Shown here: positions 9,701-19,628 of the stretch, piece by piece
Layout of the letters: each line of letters starts with the position of its first letter
Position numbering within the stretch: position 1 is the first letter of the stretch
Assembly: GCA_025355485.1 (NCBI GenBank)
Contig: JANXZP010000087.1
Coordinates: forward strand, 1 to 32,693
Direction: 5' to 3'
From: Pseudomonadota bacterium
GTDB lineage: Bacteria; Pseudomonadota; Gammaproteobacteria; Xanthomonadales; Xanthomonadaceae
Length of the DNA stretch: 32,693 nucleotides
Translations under genes and position numbers: made by a program
Notes under the pieces: generated by a model
Databases searched by the model: none
Seen by the model: only the letters and a program-made list of their open reading frames with translations
What the model was told of the DNA's origin: nothing

Positions 9701-12700
9701 GCGCATCCAGGCACGCTTCCGGTGGCCGCGCCCATCCTGTTGCTGTGGTTGTTCGCGCCCGCGTTGACTTGGTGGGTCAGCCGCACGCCGCCGCGCCGCG
9801 CGCCGGAGCTTGGCGTCGATCAACTGCATTTCCTCGGGCACCTCGCGCGGCGCACCTGGGCATTCTTCGAAAGCCATGTCGGCCCGGACGATCACTGGCT
9901 ACCGCCGGATAATGTGCAGGAACATCCCGTGTACGCAGTCGCGCACCGCACCTCGCCGACCAATATCGGGCTGTCGCTGCTCGCGAATCTGTCGGCGCAC
10001 GATTTCGGCTATATCGACACTGCGACGCTGCTGCAGCGCAGCGCAGCGACGCTGGATACGCTGGTTTCGCTCGACCGCCATCGCGGCCACTTCTACAACT
10101 GGTACGACACCCAAACACTGAAGCCGCTCGTGCCGCGCTACGTCTCCACCGTGGACAGCGGCAATCTCGCCGGGCATCTGCTGGTGCTGGCCGAGGGAAT
10201 GTCGATGCTGTCCGACGCGCCGTTGGTGAATCCGCGCGTCTTTAATGGGCTCGCCGACACGTTCGGGGTGCTGTGCGAACACTCCGGTATTGCGCCGAAC
10301 GATTCACTCGATGCATTCCGCACTGCGCTTGACACAGTACGCAAGTGCCAGCCGGCTACGTTGCGCGACGTGCATGCGGCCCTGCAACGGCTGACTGTCG
10401 TGGCCGAAGCGTTGGAAAACGGAATGGCCAAGGACGCTGTCGAGGCATCGGGCTGGGCGCGGGCCTTGCACACCCAATGCCGCGATGCCGTGGTCGATTT
10501 GCGCTGGTGCGCGCCGTGGATCGAAACGAGCGCTTGCATTCCGGTTGGTCTTGCCGAAACGCCGAGCTTGCGCGAACTCGCGCGCCATGCGCTTGCGACC
10601 GGATCGGCTGTGCCGAACGGTTCTGGTGAAGCGGAACCGACGTCGCTGCAACTCGCTGCGACCCGCGCGATCGAGCGCATCGGGCAACTCGACCGGCTCG
10701 CGCAACTGGCTAGCGAGCTGGCCGAGATGGAATACGATTTCCTGTACGACCGCACGCGGCACTTGCTGTCGATCGGCTACAACGTCGATGAGCGCCGGCT
10801 CGACGAAGGCTATTACGACCTGCTCGCGTCCGAAGCGCGGCTGTGCAGCTTCATCGCCATCGCGCAGGGCGAACTACCGCAGGAGAGCTGGTTCGCGCTT
10901 GGCCGCCAGTTGACCAGCGCCGATGGAGAACCCGTGCTGCTGTCGTGGAGCGGCTCGATGTTCGAATACCTGATGCCGCAACTGGTGATGCCTGGCTTCG
11001 ACGACACCTTGCTCGATACCACGATGCGCGCAGCGGTCGCGCGACAGATCGAATACGGTCGCCAGCGCGATGTGCCGTGGGGCATGTCGGAGTCGGGCTA
11101 CAACCTGCTCGACGCCCAGCTCAACTACCAGTACCGCGCATTCGGCGTGCCCGGGCTCGGACTGAAACGCGGCCTTGCCCAAGATCTGGTGATCGCGCCG
11201 TATGCATCTGCGCTGGCCTTGATGGTCGCCCCGGAACAGGCTTGCGCGAACCTGCAGCGCATGACCGCTGCTGGTTACGGCGGTGCGTTCGGACTCTACG
11301 AAGCGATTGACTTCACCCCCGCGCGTTTGCCGCGCGGACAGACTGCTGCGGTGATCCGTTCGTTCATGGCGCATCACCAGGGCATGAGCCTGCTGTCGCT
11401 GGCGTACGTCTTGCTCGACCGCCCGATGCAGCGGCGTTTCGCGGCCAATCGCCATTTCCAGGCGACCATGCTGTTGCTGCAGGAACGCATTCCGCGCACG
11501 GCGGTGATCGTGCCGCACATCGCCGATTCACCCGGTGCCGGCCTGATTGCCGATCCGGCGGAAACGCGGCTGCGCATTTTCAGCAATCCCGACAACGCGG
11601 TGCCGGCTGTGCAGATGCTGTCCAACGGCCGTTACAACCTGATGGTGACCAGTGCGGGTGGTGGATACAGCCAGTTGCGCGAGATGGCGGTGACACGTTG
11701 GCGCGAGGATGCGACCTGCGATGCCATGGGCAGTTTCTGTTACCTGCGCGATGCCGACAGCGGGACGTTCTGGTCCGTCGCGCACCAGCCAACGCGCGTA
11801 CCCGTCGATGGCTACGAGGCGATCTTTTCCGACGCGCGTGCCGAGTTCCGCGGCCGCAAGAACGGCATCGACGCACACACCGAGATCGTGGTCTCGCCGG
11901 AGGACGACATCGAGTTGCGCCGTATCACGATCACCAATCGCAGTCGTTCGAGACGCGCCATTGAACTGACCAGCTACGCCGAAGTGGTGCTCGCAACGCC
12001 GGCGTCCGACGCGGCGCATCCGGCCTTCAGCAAGCTGTTCGTGCAGACCGAACTGCTGCGCCCGAAACAGGCGATCCTGTGCCATCGCCGACCGCAGGCC
12101 GAACATGATCGCTCGCCATGGATGTTCCACCTGGTCGCCGTGCATGGCGCGGACATCCGGGCGATTTCCTACGAAACCGATCGCTCGCGTTTCATCGGCA
12201 GGGGTCGAGATCTTGCGCATCCGCAGGCCTTGGATGCGGCTGTGTTGTCGGATTCCGATGGTTCGGTACTCGACCCCGTCGTTGCGATCCGCGTGCGTAT
12301 CGCGCTGGAACCCGATCAGATCGCGGTCATCGACTACGTGTCCGGCGTCGGCGACAGTCGTGATGCCTGCCTGGCGCTCATCGAAAAATATCGCGACCGC
12401 CATCTCGCCGATCGCGTATTCGACCTGGCATGGACGCACAGTCAGGTCGTGCGCCGCCAGCTCAACGCGAGCCAGTCCGACGCACAACTCTACGAGCGTC
12501 TCGCAGGGTCGATCCTGCACGCGAACCCGGCGTTGCGCGCCGAGGCGAGCGTATTGATCAAGAATCGGCGCGGCCAGTCCGGACTGTGGGGCCACGCGAT
12601 TTCCGGCGACCTGCCGATCGTACTGGTGCAAATCGCCGATCCGGCGCACATCGACCTGGTACGCCAGATCGTGCAGGCGCATGCGTACTGGCGGCTGAAA

Positions 12701-15463
12701 GGACTGAACGTCGACCTGGTAATCTGGAACGAGGATCACGCCGGTTATCGGCAGGCGCTACAGGACCAGATCATGGGACTGATCGCGGCCGGCATCGATG
12801 CCAACCTGATCGACAAGCCCGGCGGAATTTTCGTGCGTCCTGCGCAGCAGATGAATACGGAGGATCGGATCCTGATCCAGTCCGTCGCGCGCCTGATCCT
12901 GAGCGACGCACAGGGCACTCTTGCCGAGCAGGTCGTGCGGCGCAAGCCGACCGATGCGTTGCCGGCGCGATTCGTGCCCAGCCAGATCGTGTACGAATCA
13001 TCACCAGTCATTGCGCTTAATCCGATCGCCGTGCAACACGACAACGGTCTCGGTGGATTCTCCGAGGACGGTCGTGAATACATCATCACCATCGAAGCCG
13101 GGCAAGCCACGCCCGCGCCGTGGTGCAACGTGCTGGCCAATCCGCAATTCGGTTGCGTGGTCAGCGAAAGCGGACTCGGTTACACGTGGGGCGAGAACGC
13201 GCACGAGTTCCGGCTCACGCCGTGGCACAACGATCCGATTACCGATCCCTGCGGCGAGGTGTACTACCTGCGCGACGAAGACAGCGGACGCGTCTGGTCG
13301 CCGACGCTGTTGCCGTGTCGCGGCGAGGGTGCGTATCGCGTCCGCCATGGTTTCGGCTACAGCGTGTACGAGCACATCGAGGACGGCATCGCGAGCGAGT
13401 TGTGGGTGTACGTCGCGATCGACGCGCCGATCAAGTATGCAGTGCTGAAATTGCGGAACCTGTCCGGTCGTGCGCGCCGCATCAGCGTGATCGGCTACGT
13501 GGAATGGGTGTTTGGCGACTTGCGCGAGAAATCGCTGATGCACGTCGTGACCGAACAGGACAAGGACACCGGTGCGGTGTTCGGGCGCAATCCGTACAAC
13601 ACCGAATTCGCCGGGCGGGTCGGCTTCTTCGATGTGGATGAGCCGAACCGTAGCGTCACCGGCGACCGTACCGAATTTATCGGCCGCAACGGCAGCCTGC
13701 GCAAACCCGCCGCGGCTGGACGGGTGAAATTGTCCGGGCGCGTCGGCGCGGGCCTGGATCCGTGCGCGGCGATCGGCATCACCGTGGCATTGATCGACGA
13801 GGCCGAGTATTCCGTCGTGTTCCGCCTCGGCGCAGCGCGCAGTGCCGACGAAGCGCAGGCACTGGTGCGCAGGCCGCGCGATGCCGAGGCCGCGCAAAAG
13901 ACGCTCGATGACGTACACGCGCACTGGCGGCGCACGTTGGGTACGGTGCAGGTCAGCACGCCGGATGCGGCGGTGAATGCGCTCGCCAACGGCTGGCTCT
14001 TGTACCAGGTGATCGCATGCCGCTTCTGGGGCCGCAGCGGCTTCTATCAATCCGGTGGCGCATTCGGCTTCCGCGACCAGTTGCAGGACGCGCTCGCGAT
14101 GGTGCATGCGGCGCCCGAACTGGTGCGTGCGCATGTGCTGCTCTGCGCCGCGCATCAATTCCCCGATGGCGACGTGCAGCACTGGTGGCATCCGCCGCAG
14201 GATCGCGGCGTGCGTACGCATTGTTCCGACGATTTCCTGTGGCTCGTATTCGCAACGAGTGGCTATGTCGAGGTCACGGGCGATCGCAGCGTACTCAACG
14301 CCACCATATCCTGGGTCGACGGCCGCGCGCTCGCCGCGGGTGAGGAATCGTATTACGACCTTCCCGTGCGCCCGCCGCAGCGCGACAGCCTGTATCGCCA
14401 CTGCGTCCGCGCGATCGAGCATGGGCTGTCGTTGCGCGGCGAACACGGGCTGCCGTTGATCGGATCAGGCGACTGGAACGACGGCATGAACCGCGTCGGC
14501 GCAGAAGGCAAGGGCGAGAGCGTGTGGCTGGCGTTCTTCCTCTACGACGTGCTGATGGAGTTCAGCGCAGTCGCACGCCTGCACGACGATGCAGGTTTCG
14601 CCGAGCAATGCCTCGTCGAGGCCGAAGCATTGCGCATCGCGATCGAAGTGCATGCGTGGGATGGTGCGTGGTACCGGCGCGCATGGTTCGACGACGGCAC
14701 GCCGCTGGGCGCGGCAGGCAATGTCGAATGCGCGATCGATTCGATCGCGCAGAGCTGGTCGGTATTATCCGGTGCCGGCGATCCGCTGCGTGCACGGCAG
14801 GCGATGGATGCGCTCGATACCCATCTGGTGCGCGCCGATGCGAAGCTCGTGCAACTGCTCGATCCGCCGTTCGATCGCAGCGCGACGCACGCCGCCGATT
14901 ACCACGATCCGGGCTACATCGCGGCCTACGTTCCCGGCGTGCGCGAAAATGGTGGCCAATACACGCACGCCGCGGTGTGGGCGACGATGGCTTTCGCCGA
15001 ACTGGGCGACGCGAAGAAGGCCTGGGAACTTCTGGGCTTGATCAATCCGATCCATCACGGCGATTCGCCCGCTGCGATTGCTACCTACAAAGTCGAGCCC
15101 TATGTGGTCGCAGCCGATGTCTATGCGGTCGCGCCGCATACCGGTCGCGGTGGCTGGACCTGGTACACCGGCTCCGCGGGCTGGATGTACCGGCTGATCG
15201 TCGAATCGCTGCTCGGGTTGCGGCGCAAGGGGAACACCCTGCGCATCGCCCCCTGCATTCCGGCAGACTGGCCTGCCTACACGATGGAGTACTGCTACGG
15301 CAACGCGGTCTATCGGATCAGCGTGACTCAAATGACTGATGGCAGCGAAGGCAGCGTGATGGTTGATGGCATCGAACAACCCGAGCGTTCCATCCAGCTG
15401 GTCGATGACGGTTGCGAACATCGCGTCGACATACGGCATCGCCAGCCCGGGACCGTGACGTGA
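6773..15463 (+). CDS. ndvB: Cyclic beta-1,2-glucan synthase (NdvB/ChvB/Cgs type): N-terminal domain, GT84 glycosyltransferase with flanking TM helices, central (alpha/alpha)6-like domain, C-terminal GH94 phosphorylase-like domain
   Basis: A single 2896-aa ORF, matching the size of the family.
- N-terminus: ELPLRSELFSADQMERHGRALA, as in Cgs proteins.
- GT motifs: ITLDTDTGLPRD (DTDT at 8699-8710) and RRHRWIRGDWQ (about 9134-9165).
- Hydrophobic TM stretches around 8035-8230 and 9270-9780.
- Central domain: HRTSPTNIGLSLLANLSAHDFGY (about 9940-10010).
- GH94 signature: GSGDWNDGMN (GDWND at 14468-14482). Confidence 0.93.
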   Translation: MMAGREAILESWLRLRSVLRGSRPTREDAAHELPLRSELFSADQMERHGRALARSHKIGKGRAVDLLLARLSSNEQLLARACDLLTEAVSASRRLTPAGEWLLDNYYLIEEQIRTAKRHLPKNYSRELPRLSDGPSTGFPRVYDIALEAISHGDGRVDTESLSHFVASYQSVAPLTLGELWAIPIMLRLALIENLRRVGAGVIVDRIDRNVADEWADRMTEVADTDPKNLVLVIADMARSEPPQASSFVAELARRLQGHSSALALPLTWIEQWLGESGQTIEQLVQAENQQQAADQVSISNSIGSLRYLSAMDWREFVETMSVVEQALRDDPNGVYAQMDFATRDRYRHVIEALARRSAMSEAQVARQAVLLAYRGMAGQGEDAVAAHVGHYLIGDGLPQLQGDIALRARLRLRPHRQSGRVPLWTFLAPIGLLTLVTAAALLWQLYADGWPGWPLWLFVLPCMLAASDLALALVNWAATLLVAPYPLPRMDYSEGLPSHARTLVVVPTMLGNAVGLENLVEALEVRFLANRGPNIHFALLTDFFDASHQTLPDDAAVLQLAQQRIAELNNQYADAAGEDCFFLLHRPRLWNERERTWMGRERKRGKLGDLNALLRKGDNSAFALIEGDVRVLGNVRYVITLDTDTGLPRDVALEFVGTLAHPLNRARWDERGDRITGGYGILQPRVGTSVSGAQRSRYARWFGQEPGIDPYTRAISDVYQDLFGEGSFIGKGVYEVEAFERALGGRFPDNAILSHDLLEGCYARSGLVSDAQLYEDYPARYAADVARRHRWIRGDWQLLPWLRLRVRREDGSRERNPLSALSRWKVFENLRRSLVSAALLSLLVAGWVALDNALWWTLLLLALLLIAPLATLMSALLRKSGELPLRMHIEGIADSAGRHAARVGLHLACLPYEAWFATDAIVRTLWRSFVTRRHLLQWDPSSEVERTQRVDLAASYRTMWFAPVFATTVSVWVWHAHPGTLPVAAPILLLWLFAPALTWWVSRTPPRRAPELGVDQLHFLGHLARRTWAFFESHVGPDDHWLPPDNVQEHPVYAVAHRTSPTNIGLSLLANLSAHDFGYIDTATLLQRSAATLDTLVSLDRHRGHFYNWYDTQTLKPLVPRYVSTVDSGNLAGHLLVLAEGMSMLSDAPLVNPRVFNGLADTFGVLCEHSGIAPNDSLDAFRTALDTVRKCQPATLRDVHAALQRLTVVAEALENGMAKDAVEASGWARALHTQCRDAVVDLRWCAPWIETSACIPVGLAETPSLRELARHALATGSAVPNGSGEAEPTSLQLAATRAIERIGQLDRLAQLASELAEMEYDFLYDRTRHLLSIGYNVDERRLDEGYYDLLASEARLCSFIAIAQGELPQESWFALGRQLTSADGEPVLLSWSGSMFEYLMPQLVMPGFDDTLLDTTMRAAVARQIEYGRQRDVPWGMSESGYNLLDAQLNYQYRAFGVPGLGLKRGLAQDLVIAPYASALALMVAPEQACANLQRMTAAGYGGAFGLYEAIDFTPARLPRGQTAAVIRSFMAHHQGMSLLSLAYVLLDRPMQRRFAANRHFQATMLLLQERIPRTAVIVPHIADSPGAGLIADPAETRLRIFSNPDNAVPAVQMLSNGRYNLMVTSAGGGYSQLREMAVTRWREDATCDAMGSFCYLRDADSGTFWSVAHQPTRVPVDGYEAIFSDARAEFRGRKNGIDAHTEIVVSPEDDIELRRITITNRSRSRRAIELTSYAEVVLATPASDAAHPAFSKLFVQTELLRPKQAILCHRRPQAEHDRSPWMFHLVAVHGADIRAISYETDRSRFIGRGRDLAHPQALDAAVLSDSDGSVLDPVVAIRVRIALEPDQIAVIDYVSGVGDSRDACLALIEKYRDRHLADRVFDLAWTHSQVVRRQLNASQSDAQLYERLAGSILHANPALRAEASVLIKNRRGQSGLWGHAISGDLPIVLVQIADPAHIDLVRQIVQAHAYWRLKGLNVDLVIWNEDHAGYRQALQDQIMGLIAAGIDANLIDKPGGIFVRPAQQMNTEDRILIQSVARLILSDAQGTLAEQVVRRKPTDALPARFVPSQIVYESSPVIALNPIAVQHDNGLGGFSEDGREYIITIEAGQATPAPWCNVLANPQFGCVVSESGLGYTWGENAHEFRLTPWHNDPITDPCGEVYYLRDEDSGRVWSPTLLPCRGEGAYRVRHGFGYSVYEHIEDGIASELWVYVAIDAPIKYAVLKLRNLSGRARRISVIGYVEWVFGDLREKSLMHVVTEQDKDTGAVFGRNPYNTEFAGRVGFFDVDEPNRSVTGDRTEFIGRNGSLRKPAAAGRVKLSGRVGAGLDPCAAIGITVALIDEAEYSVVFRLGAARSADEAQALVRRPRDAEAAQKTLDDVHAHWRRTLGTVQVSTPDAAVNALANGWLLYQVIACRFWGRSGFYQSGGAFGFRDQLQDALAMVHAAPELVRAHVLLCAAHQFPDGDVQHWWHPPQDRGVRTHCSDDFLWLVFATSGYVEVTGDRSVLNATISWVDGRALAAGEESYYDLPVRPPQRDSLYRHCVRAIEHGLSLRGEHGLPLIGSGDWNDGMNRVGAEGKGESVWLAFFLYDVLMEFSAVARLHDDAGFAEQCLVEAEALRIAIEVHAWDGAWYRRAWFDDGTPLGAAGNVECAIDSIAQSWSVLSGAGDPLRARQAMDALDTHLVRADAKLVQLLDPPFDRSATHAADYHDPGYIAAYVPGVRENGGQYTHAAVWATMAFAELGDAKKAWELLGLINPIHHGDSPAAIATYKVEPYVVAADVYAVAPHTGRGGWTWYTGSAGWMYRLIVESLLGLRRKGNTLRIAPCIPADWPAYTMEYCYGNAVYRISVTQMTDGSEGSVMVDGIEQPERSIQLVDDGCEHRVDIRHRQPGTVT

Positions 15464-15527
15464 CGACGCAAAGGCTTGCCTCGGGAAGTCATGACGGCAG
15501 CGAGAACCACCGAATGGAGTTCGATCG

Positions 15528-17198
15528 ATGACCCGGATCAGCCCGCTTGCAGGCGCTTTCAACAGCGCAGCTGGTCAACCCTCGCAACCCGCGCAATTGG
15601 TGGATGTGGGCAAGCTGGTCGACGCCTACTACAACGTGAAACCGGACCCGACGAATCCCGCGCAGCGCGTCGCGTTCGGAACCTCGGGGCATCGCGGCTC
15701 GTCGTTCGATGGCAGTTTCAACGAGGACCACATCGTCGCGATTACCCAGGCGATCTGCGCGTATCGCACGAAGCAGGGCATCGACGGCCCGCTGTTCATC
15801 GGCATCGATACGCACGCGCTGTCCGCGCCTGCATTCGAGACTTCGCTGGAAGTGCTCGCCGCAAACGGCGTGCAGGTTCTTGTTTCGCAAGGCGGCGAAT
15901 ACACGCCGACGCCGGCGATCTCGCATGCGATTCTTGTCTATAACCGTGGTCGCAAGACCGGGCTTGCCGACGGCATCGTCGTCACGCCTTCGCACAATCC
16001 GCCCGACAACGGCGGCTTCAAGTACAACACGCCGAACGGCGGCCCGGCCGATACCGACGTCACCAACTGGATCCAGGATCGCGCGAATGCATCACTGGAA
16101 GCCGGTCTCAGGGATGTGCGCCGGCTTCCGTTCGAGCAGGCGCGAAATGCATCGACGACGCGCGCGCACGATTACCTCAGTACCTACGTCGCCGATCTCG
16201 GCCATGCGATCGACTTCGACGCGATCCGCGGTTCCGGGATCCGCATGGGCGTGGATCCGCTCGGTGGCGCCGGCGTGCATTACTGGGCGCGCATTGCCGA
16301 ACGCTACAAGATCGAACTCGATGTCGTCAGCGAACAGGTCGATCCGCAATTCGGCTTCATGACGCTCGACTGGGACGGCAGGATCCGCATGGATCCTTCG
16401 TCGAGTTACGCGATGCAACGCCTGATCGCGATCAAGGATCGTTACGACATCGCCTTCGCCTGCGACACCGACCACGACCGCCACGGCATCGTGACCCGCA
16501 GCGCCGGCCTGCTGCCGCCGAACCACTACCTCAGTGTCGCGATCGACTATCTGTTCCAGCACCGGCCGCAGTGGGGCAGGGACGCAGGTGTCGGCAAGAC
16601 CGTCGTCAGCACGGCGATGATTGATCGCGTCGCCGCAAGGCTCGGCCGAAAGCTGGTCGAGGTGCCGGTTGGATTCAAGTGGTTCGTCGAAGGACTGTTC
16701 CATGGCTCGCTGGGATTCGGCGGCGAGGAAAGCGCGGGCGCGGCGTTCCTGCGTCGCGATGGCAGTGTGTGGACGACCGACAAGGACGGCATCGTGCCGG
16801 CGCTGCTGTCGGCCGAGATCACCGCGCGCCGTGGCCGCGATCCGGGCGCGCTGTATGCCGAACTCACCGATGAATTCGGGACGGCGTACGCCGATCGCGT
16901 CGAGGCTCCGGCAACCGCCGCACAAAAAACCAGTCTCGCGAAATTGTCGGCGCAGCAGGTGCAAAGCACCGAACTGGCCGGCGAGAAAATCACCGGCGTG
17001 CTCGATCGCGCGCCGGGCAACAACGCGCCGATCGGCGGCATCAAGGTGAGCAGCGAAAACGGCTGGTTCGCCGCGCGGCCATCCGGCACCGAGGACATCT
17101 ACAAGATCTATGCTGAGAGTTTCCGCGACGACGCGCACCTGCGCCGGATTCTTGGCGAGGCGCAGGGTATCGTCGATGGCGCGCTCACCGCGTGCTAG
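15528..17198 (+). CDS. pgm: Phosphoglucomutase, alpha-D-glucose-phosphate specific
   Basis: Collinear by eye with E. coli Pgm.
- GTSGHRGS.
- Phosphoserine loop TPSHNPPDNGGFKYN (about 15983-16027).
- Metal loop ACDTDHDRHGIV.
- GGEESAG.
- ARPSGTEDIYKIYAESF.
GGAG lies 8 nt upstream of the ATG. Confidence 0.95.
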   Translation: MTRISPLAGAFNSAAGQPSQPAQLVDVGKLVDAYYNVKPDPTNPAQRVAFGTSGHRGSSFDGSFNEDHIVAITQAICAYRTKQGIDGPLFIGIDTHALSAPAFETSLEVLAANGVQVLVSQGGEYTPTPAISHAILVYNRGRKTGLADGIVVTPSHNPPDNGGFKYNTPNGGPADTDVTNWIQDRANASLEAGLRDVRRLPFEQARNASTTRAHDYLSTYVADLGHAIDFDAIRGSGIRMGVDPLGGAGVHYWARIAERYKIELDVVSEQVDPQFGFMTLDWDGRIRMDPSSSYAMQRLIAIKDRYDIAFACDTDHDRHGIVTRSAGLLPPNHYLSVAIDYLFQHRPQWGRDAGVGKTVVSTAMIDRVAARLGRKLVEVPVGFKWFVEGLFHGSLGFGGEESAGAAFLRRDGSVWTTDKDGIVPALLSAEITARRGRDPGALYAELTDEFGTAYADRVEAPATAAQKTSLAKLSAQQVQSTELAGEKITGVLDRAPGNNAPIGGIKVSSENGWFAARPSGTEDIYKIYAESFRDDAHLRRILGEAQGIVDGALTAC

Positions 17199-17258
17199 CG
17201 AACAGACCACACCTTGCAGATCGCCGTGAAGTCGCCACGTCCACGTACCAGATCAACC

Positions 17259-19628
17259 ATGAAAACCAGCACACTCACACCAGAACAACTCGATCGGATC
17301 AACGCCTACTGGCGTGCGGCGAACTATCTGTCGGTCGGGCAGATTTATCTCTACGACAATCCGCTGCTGAAGCGACCGCTGGCGCCCCCGGATGTGAAGC
17401 ACATGCTGCTCGGACACTGGGGCACGACTCCCGGGCAAAATTTCATCTATACCCACTTGAATCGGGTCATCCGGAAAAACGATCTCGACATGATCTATGT
17501 CTCCGGTCCCGGACACGGTGGTCCGGCGGTCGTCGGCAACACCTACCTCGAAGGCACGTACAGCGAGATATATCCCGATATCAGCCAGGACGAGGCCGGG
17601 CTGCAAAAACTTTTCAGGCAGTTTTCATTTCCTGGTGGAATTCCCAGCCACGCATCGCCTGAGTGTCCGGGTTCGATCCACGAAGGCGGCGAACTCGGCT
17701 ATTCGCTCAGCCATGCGTTCGGTGCGGTGTTCGACAACCCCGGCCTGGTCGTCGCTTGCGTCGTTGGCGATGGCGAGGCGGAAACCGGACCGCTGGCGAC
17801 GGCGTGGCATTCCAACAAGTTTCTCGACCCGGTGACCGATGGTGCGGTGCTGCCGATCCTGCACCTCAACGGCTACAAGATTTCCAACCCGACGGTGCTC
17901 GCGCGCATCACCCGCGAAGAACTCGAACAGCTTCTGCGTGGTTACGGATGGACGCCGCATTTCGTCGAAGGCCACGAACCCGCACTGATGCATGAAACAA
18001 TGGCCGCGACGCTCGACACGGCCATCGAGCAGATCAGGAGCATCCAGCAGGAAGCGCGCACGAACAGCAACACGGTGCGACCGCGCTGGCCGATGATCGT
18101 GCTCAACTCGCCCAAGGGTTGGACTGGGCCGAAGGTCGTCGATGGCCTACAGGTCGAAGGCACGTTCCGTTCGCACCAGGTGCCGATCTCGGATCCTGCG
18201 AAACATCCCGGGCATCTCAAGCTGCTCGAAGACTGGTTGAAGAGTTACCGGCCCGAGGAACTGTTCGACGAGCGCGGTCGCTTGAGACCCGACCTCGCCG
18301 AGCTTGCGCCTGAAGGCGAGCGGCGCATGGGTGCGAATCCGCATGCCAATGGCGGAATCCTGCTGCGCGACCTGCGCATGCCGGATTTTCGCGACTATGC
18401 AGCCGATGTGCCGGTGGCGGGAGCGAACGGCATCGGCGACACCCATGTGCTTGGACCTTTCCTGCGCGATGTCGCGAAGCGCAACAGCGAGCAACGGAAT
18501 TTCCGCGTCTTCGGCCCGGATGAAACATTGTCCAATGGACTCGAGGCGCTGTTCGAGACGACCCGGCGCCAATGGGACGCCGCGACCTTGCCGAACGACG
18601 AATTTCTCGCGCCGAGCGGGCGCGTGCTCGAGATGCTCAGCGAGCATCAATGCGAGGGCTGGCTCGAGGGTTACCTGCTCACCGGCCGACATGGACTCTT
18701 CAACTGCTACGAGGCGTTCATCCACATCGTCGATTCGATGTTCAACCAGCACGCGAAATGGCTGAAGGTCAGCGCGCAACTGCCATGGCGGCGGAAGATC
18801 GCATCGTTGAACTACCTGCTCGCTTCGCACGTCTGGCGCCAGGACCACAACGGTTTCACCCACCAGGACCCAGGTTTCATCGACCACATCGTCAACAAGA
18901 AAGCCGAGATCGTGCGGGTGTACCTGCCGCCCGATGCCAACTGCCTGCTGTCGGTGATGGACCACTGCCTGCGCAGCCGCCATTACGTCAACGTGGTGAT
19001 CGCGGGCAAGCATCCGGCGCCGCAATGGCTGGCGATGGATGCGGCAATCAAGCATTGCACCGAGGGCGTCGGCATCTGGCGGTGGGCCAGCAACGACGGC
19101 GATTCCGCACCCGACGTCGTCATGGCCTGCTGCGGCGACGTACCCACGCTGGAGACACTGGCCGCCGTCTCGATCCTGCGCGTGCATCTTCCCGAACGGA
19201 AAAGCCGCGTGGTCCACGTCGTCGACCTCATGCGATTGCAGCCGCGCTCCGAGCATCCGCATGGTTTGAGCGAGATGGATTTCGATGAACTCTTCACCAC
19301 GGACAAGCCGGTCATCTTCGCTTTCCATGGCTATCCGTGGCTGATCCACCGGCTCACCTACCGACGCACCAACCACGACAACATCCACGTCCGCGGCTAC
19401 AAGGAGGAGGGCACCATCACCACGCCGTTCGACATGACGGTGTTGAACGACCTGGATCGTTTCCATCTCGTGATGGACGCCGTCGACCGCCTGCCTCGGA
19501 CCGGCGACAAGGGCATCCATCTGAAGCTTCGACTCAAGGACAAGTTGATCGAGCACAAGCAGTACATCGACAAGCATGGCCACGACATGCCGGAAATCAG
19601 CGACTGGAAATGGAGCGCGTCGACATGA
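17259..19628 (+). CDS. xfp: Phosphoketolase (xylulose-5-P/fructose-6-P phosphoketolase, TPP dependent)
   Basis: - N-terminus [24 protein letters not shown].
- HWGTTPG.
- GPGHGGPA.
- [16 protein letters not shown].
- [13 protein letters not shown].
- NGYKISNPT.
The first ATG of the ORF is at 17259; the listed 17214 is a TTG. The product is about 790 aa, the family-typical length. Confidence 0.93.
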   Translation: MKTSTLTPEQLDRINAYWRAANYLSVGQIYLYDNPLLKRPLAPPDVKHMLLGHWGTTPGQNFIYTHLNRVIRKNDLDMIYVSGPGHGGPAVVGNTYLEGTYSEIYPDISQDEAGLQKLFRQFSFPGGIPSHASPECPGSIHEGGELGYSLSHAFGAVFDNPGLVVACVVGDGEAETGPLATAWHSNKFLDPVTDGAVLPILHLNGYKISNPTVLARITREELEQLLRGYGWTPHFVEGHEPALMHETMAATLDTAIEQIRSIQQEARTNSNTVRPRWPMIVLNSPKGWTGPKVVDGLQVEGTFRSHQVPISDPAKHPGHLKLLEDWLKSYRPEELFDERGRLRPDLAELAPEGERRMGANPHANGGILLRDLRMPDFRDYAADVPVAGANGIGDTHVLGPFLRDVAKRNSEQRNFRVFGPDETLSNGLEALFETTRRQWDAATLPNDEFLAPSGRVLEMLSEHQCEGWLEGYLLTGRHGLFNCYEAFIHIVDSMFNQHAKWLKVSAQLPWRRKIASLNYLLASHVWRQDHNGFTHQDPGFIDHIVNKKAEIVRVYLPPDANCLLSVMDHCLRSRHYVNVVIAGKHPAPQWLAMDAAIKHCTEGVGIWRWASNDGDSAPDVVMACCGDVPTLETLAAVSILRVHLPERKSRVVHVVDLMRLQPRSEHPHGLSEMDFDELFTTDKPVIFAFHGYPWLIHRLTYRRTNHDNIHVRGYKEEGTITTPFDMTVLNDLDRFHLVMDAVDRLPRTGDKGIHLKLRLKDKLIEHKQYIDKHGHDMPEISDWKWSAST

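Noticed and set aside
19337-19624. N-terminal extension of the acetate kinase ORF.
   Set aside because: It lies wholly inside xfp in another frame. The ATG at 19625 has an SD, and the ASKHA N-terminal motif begins a few codons later.
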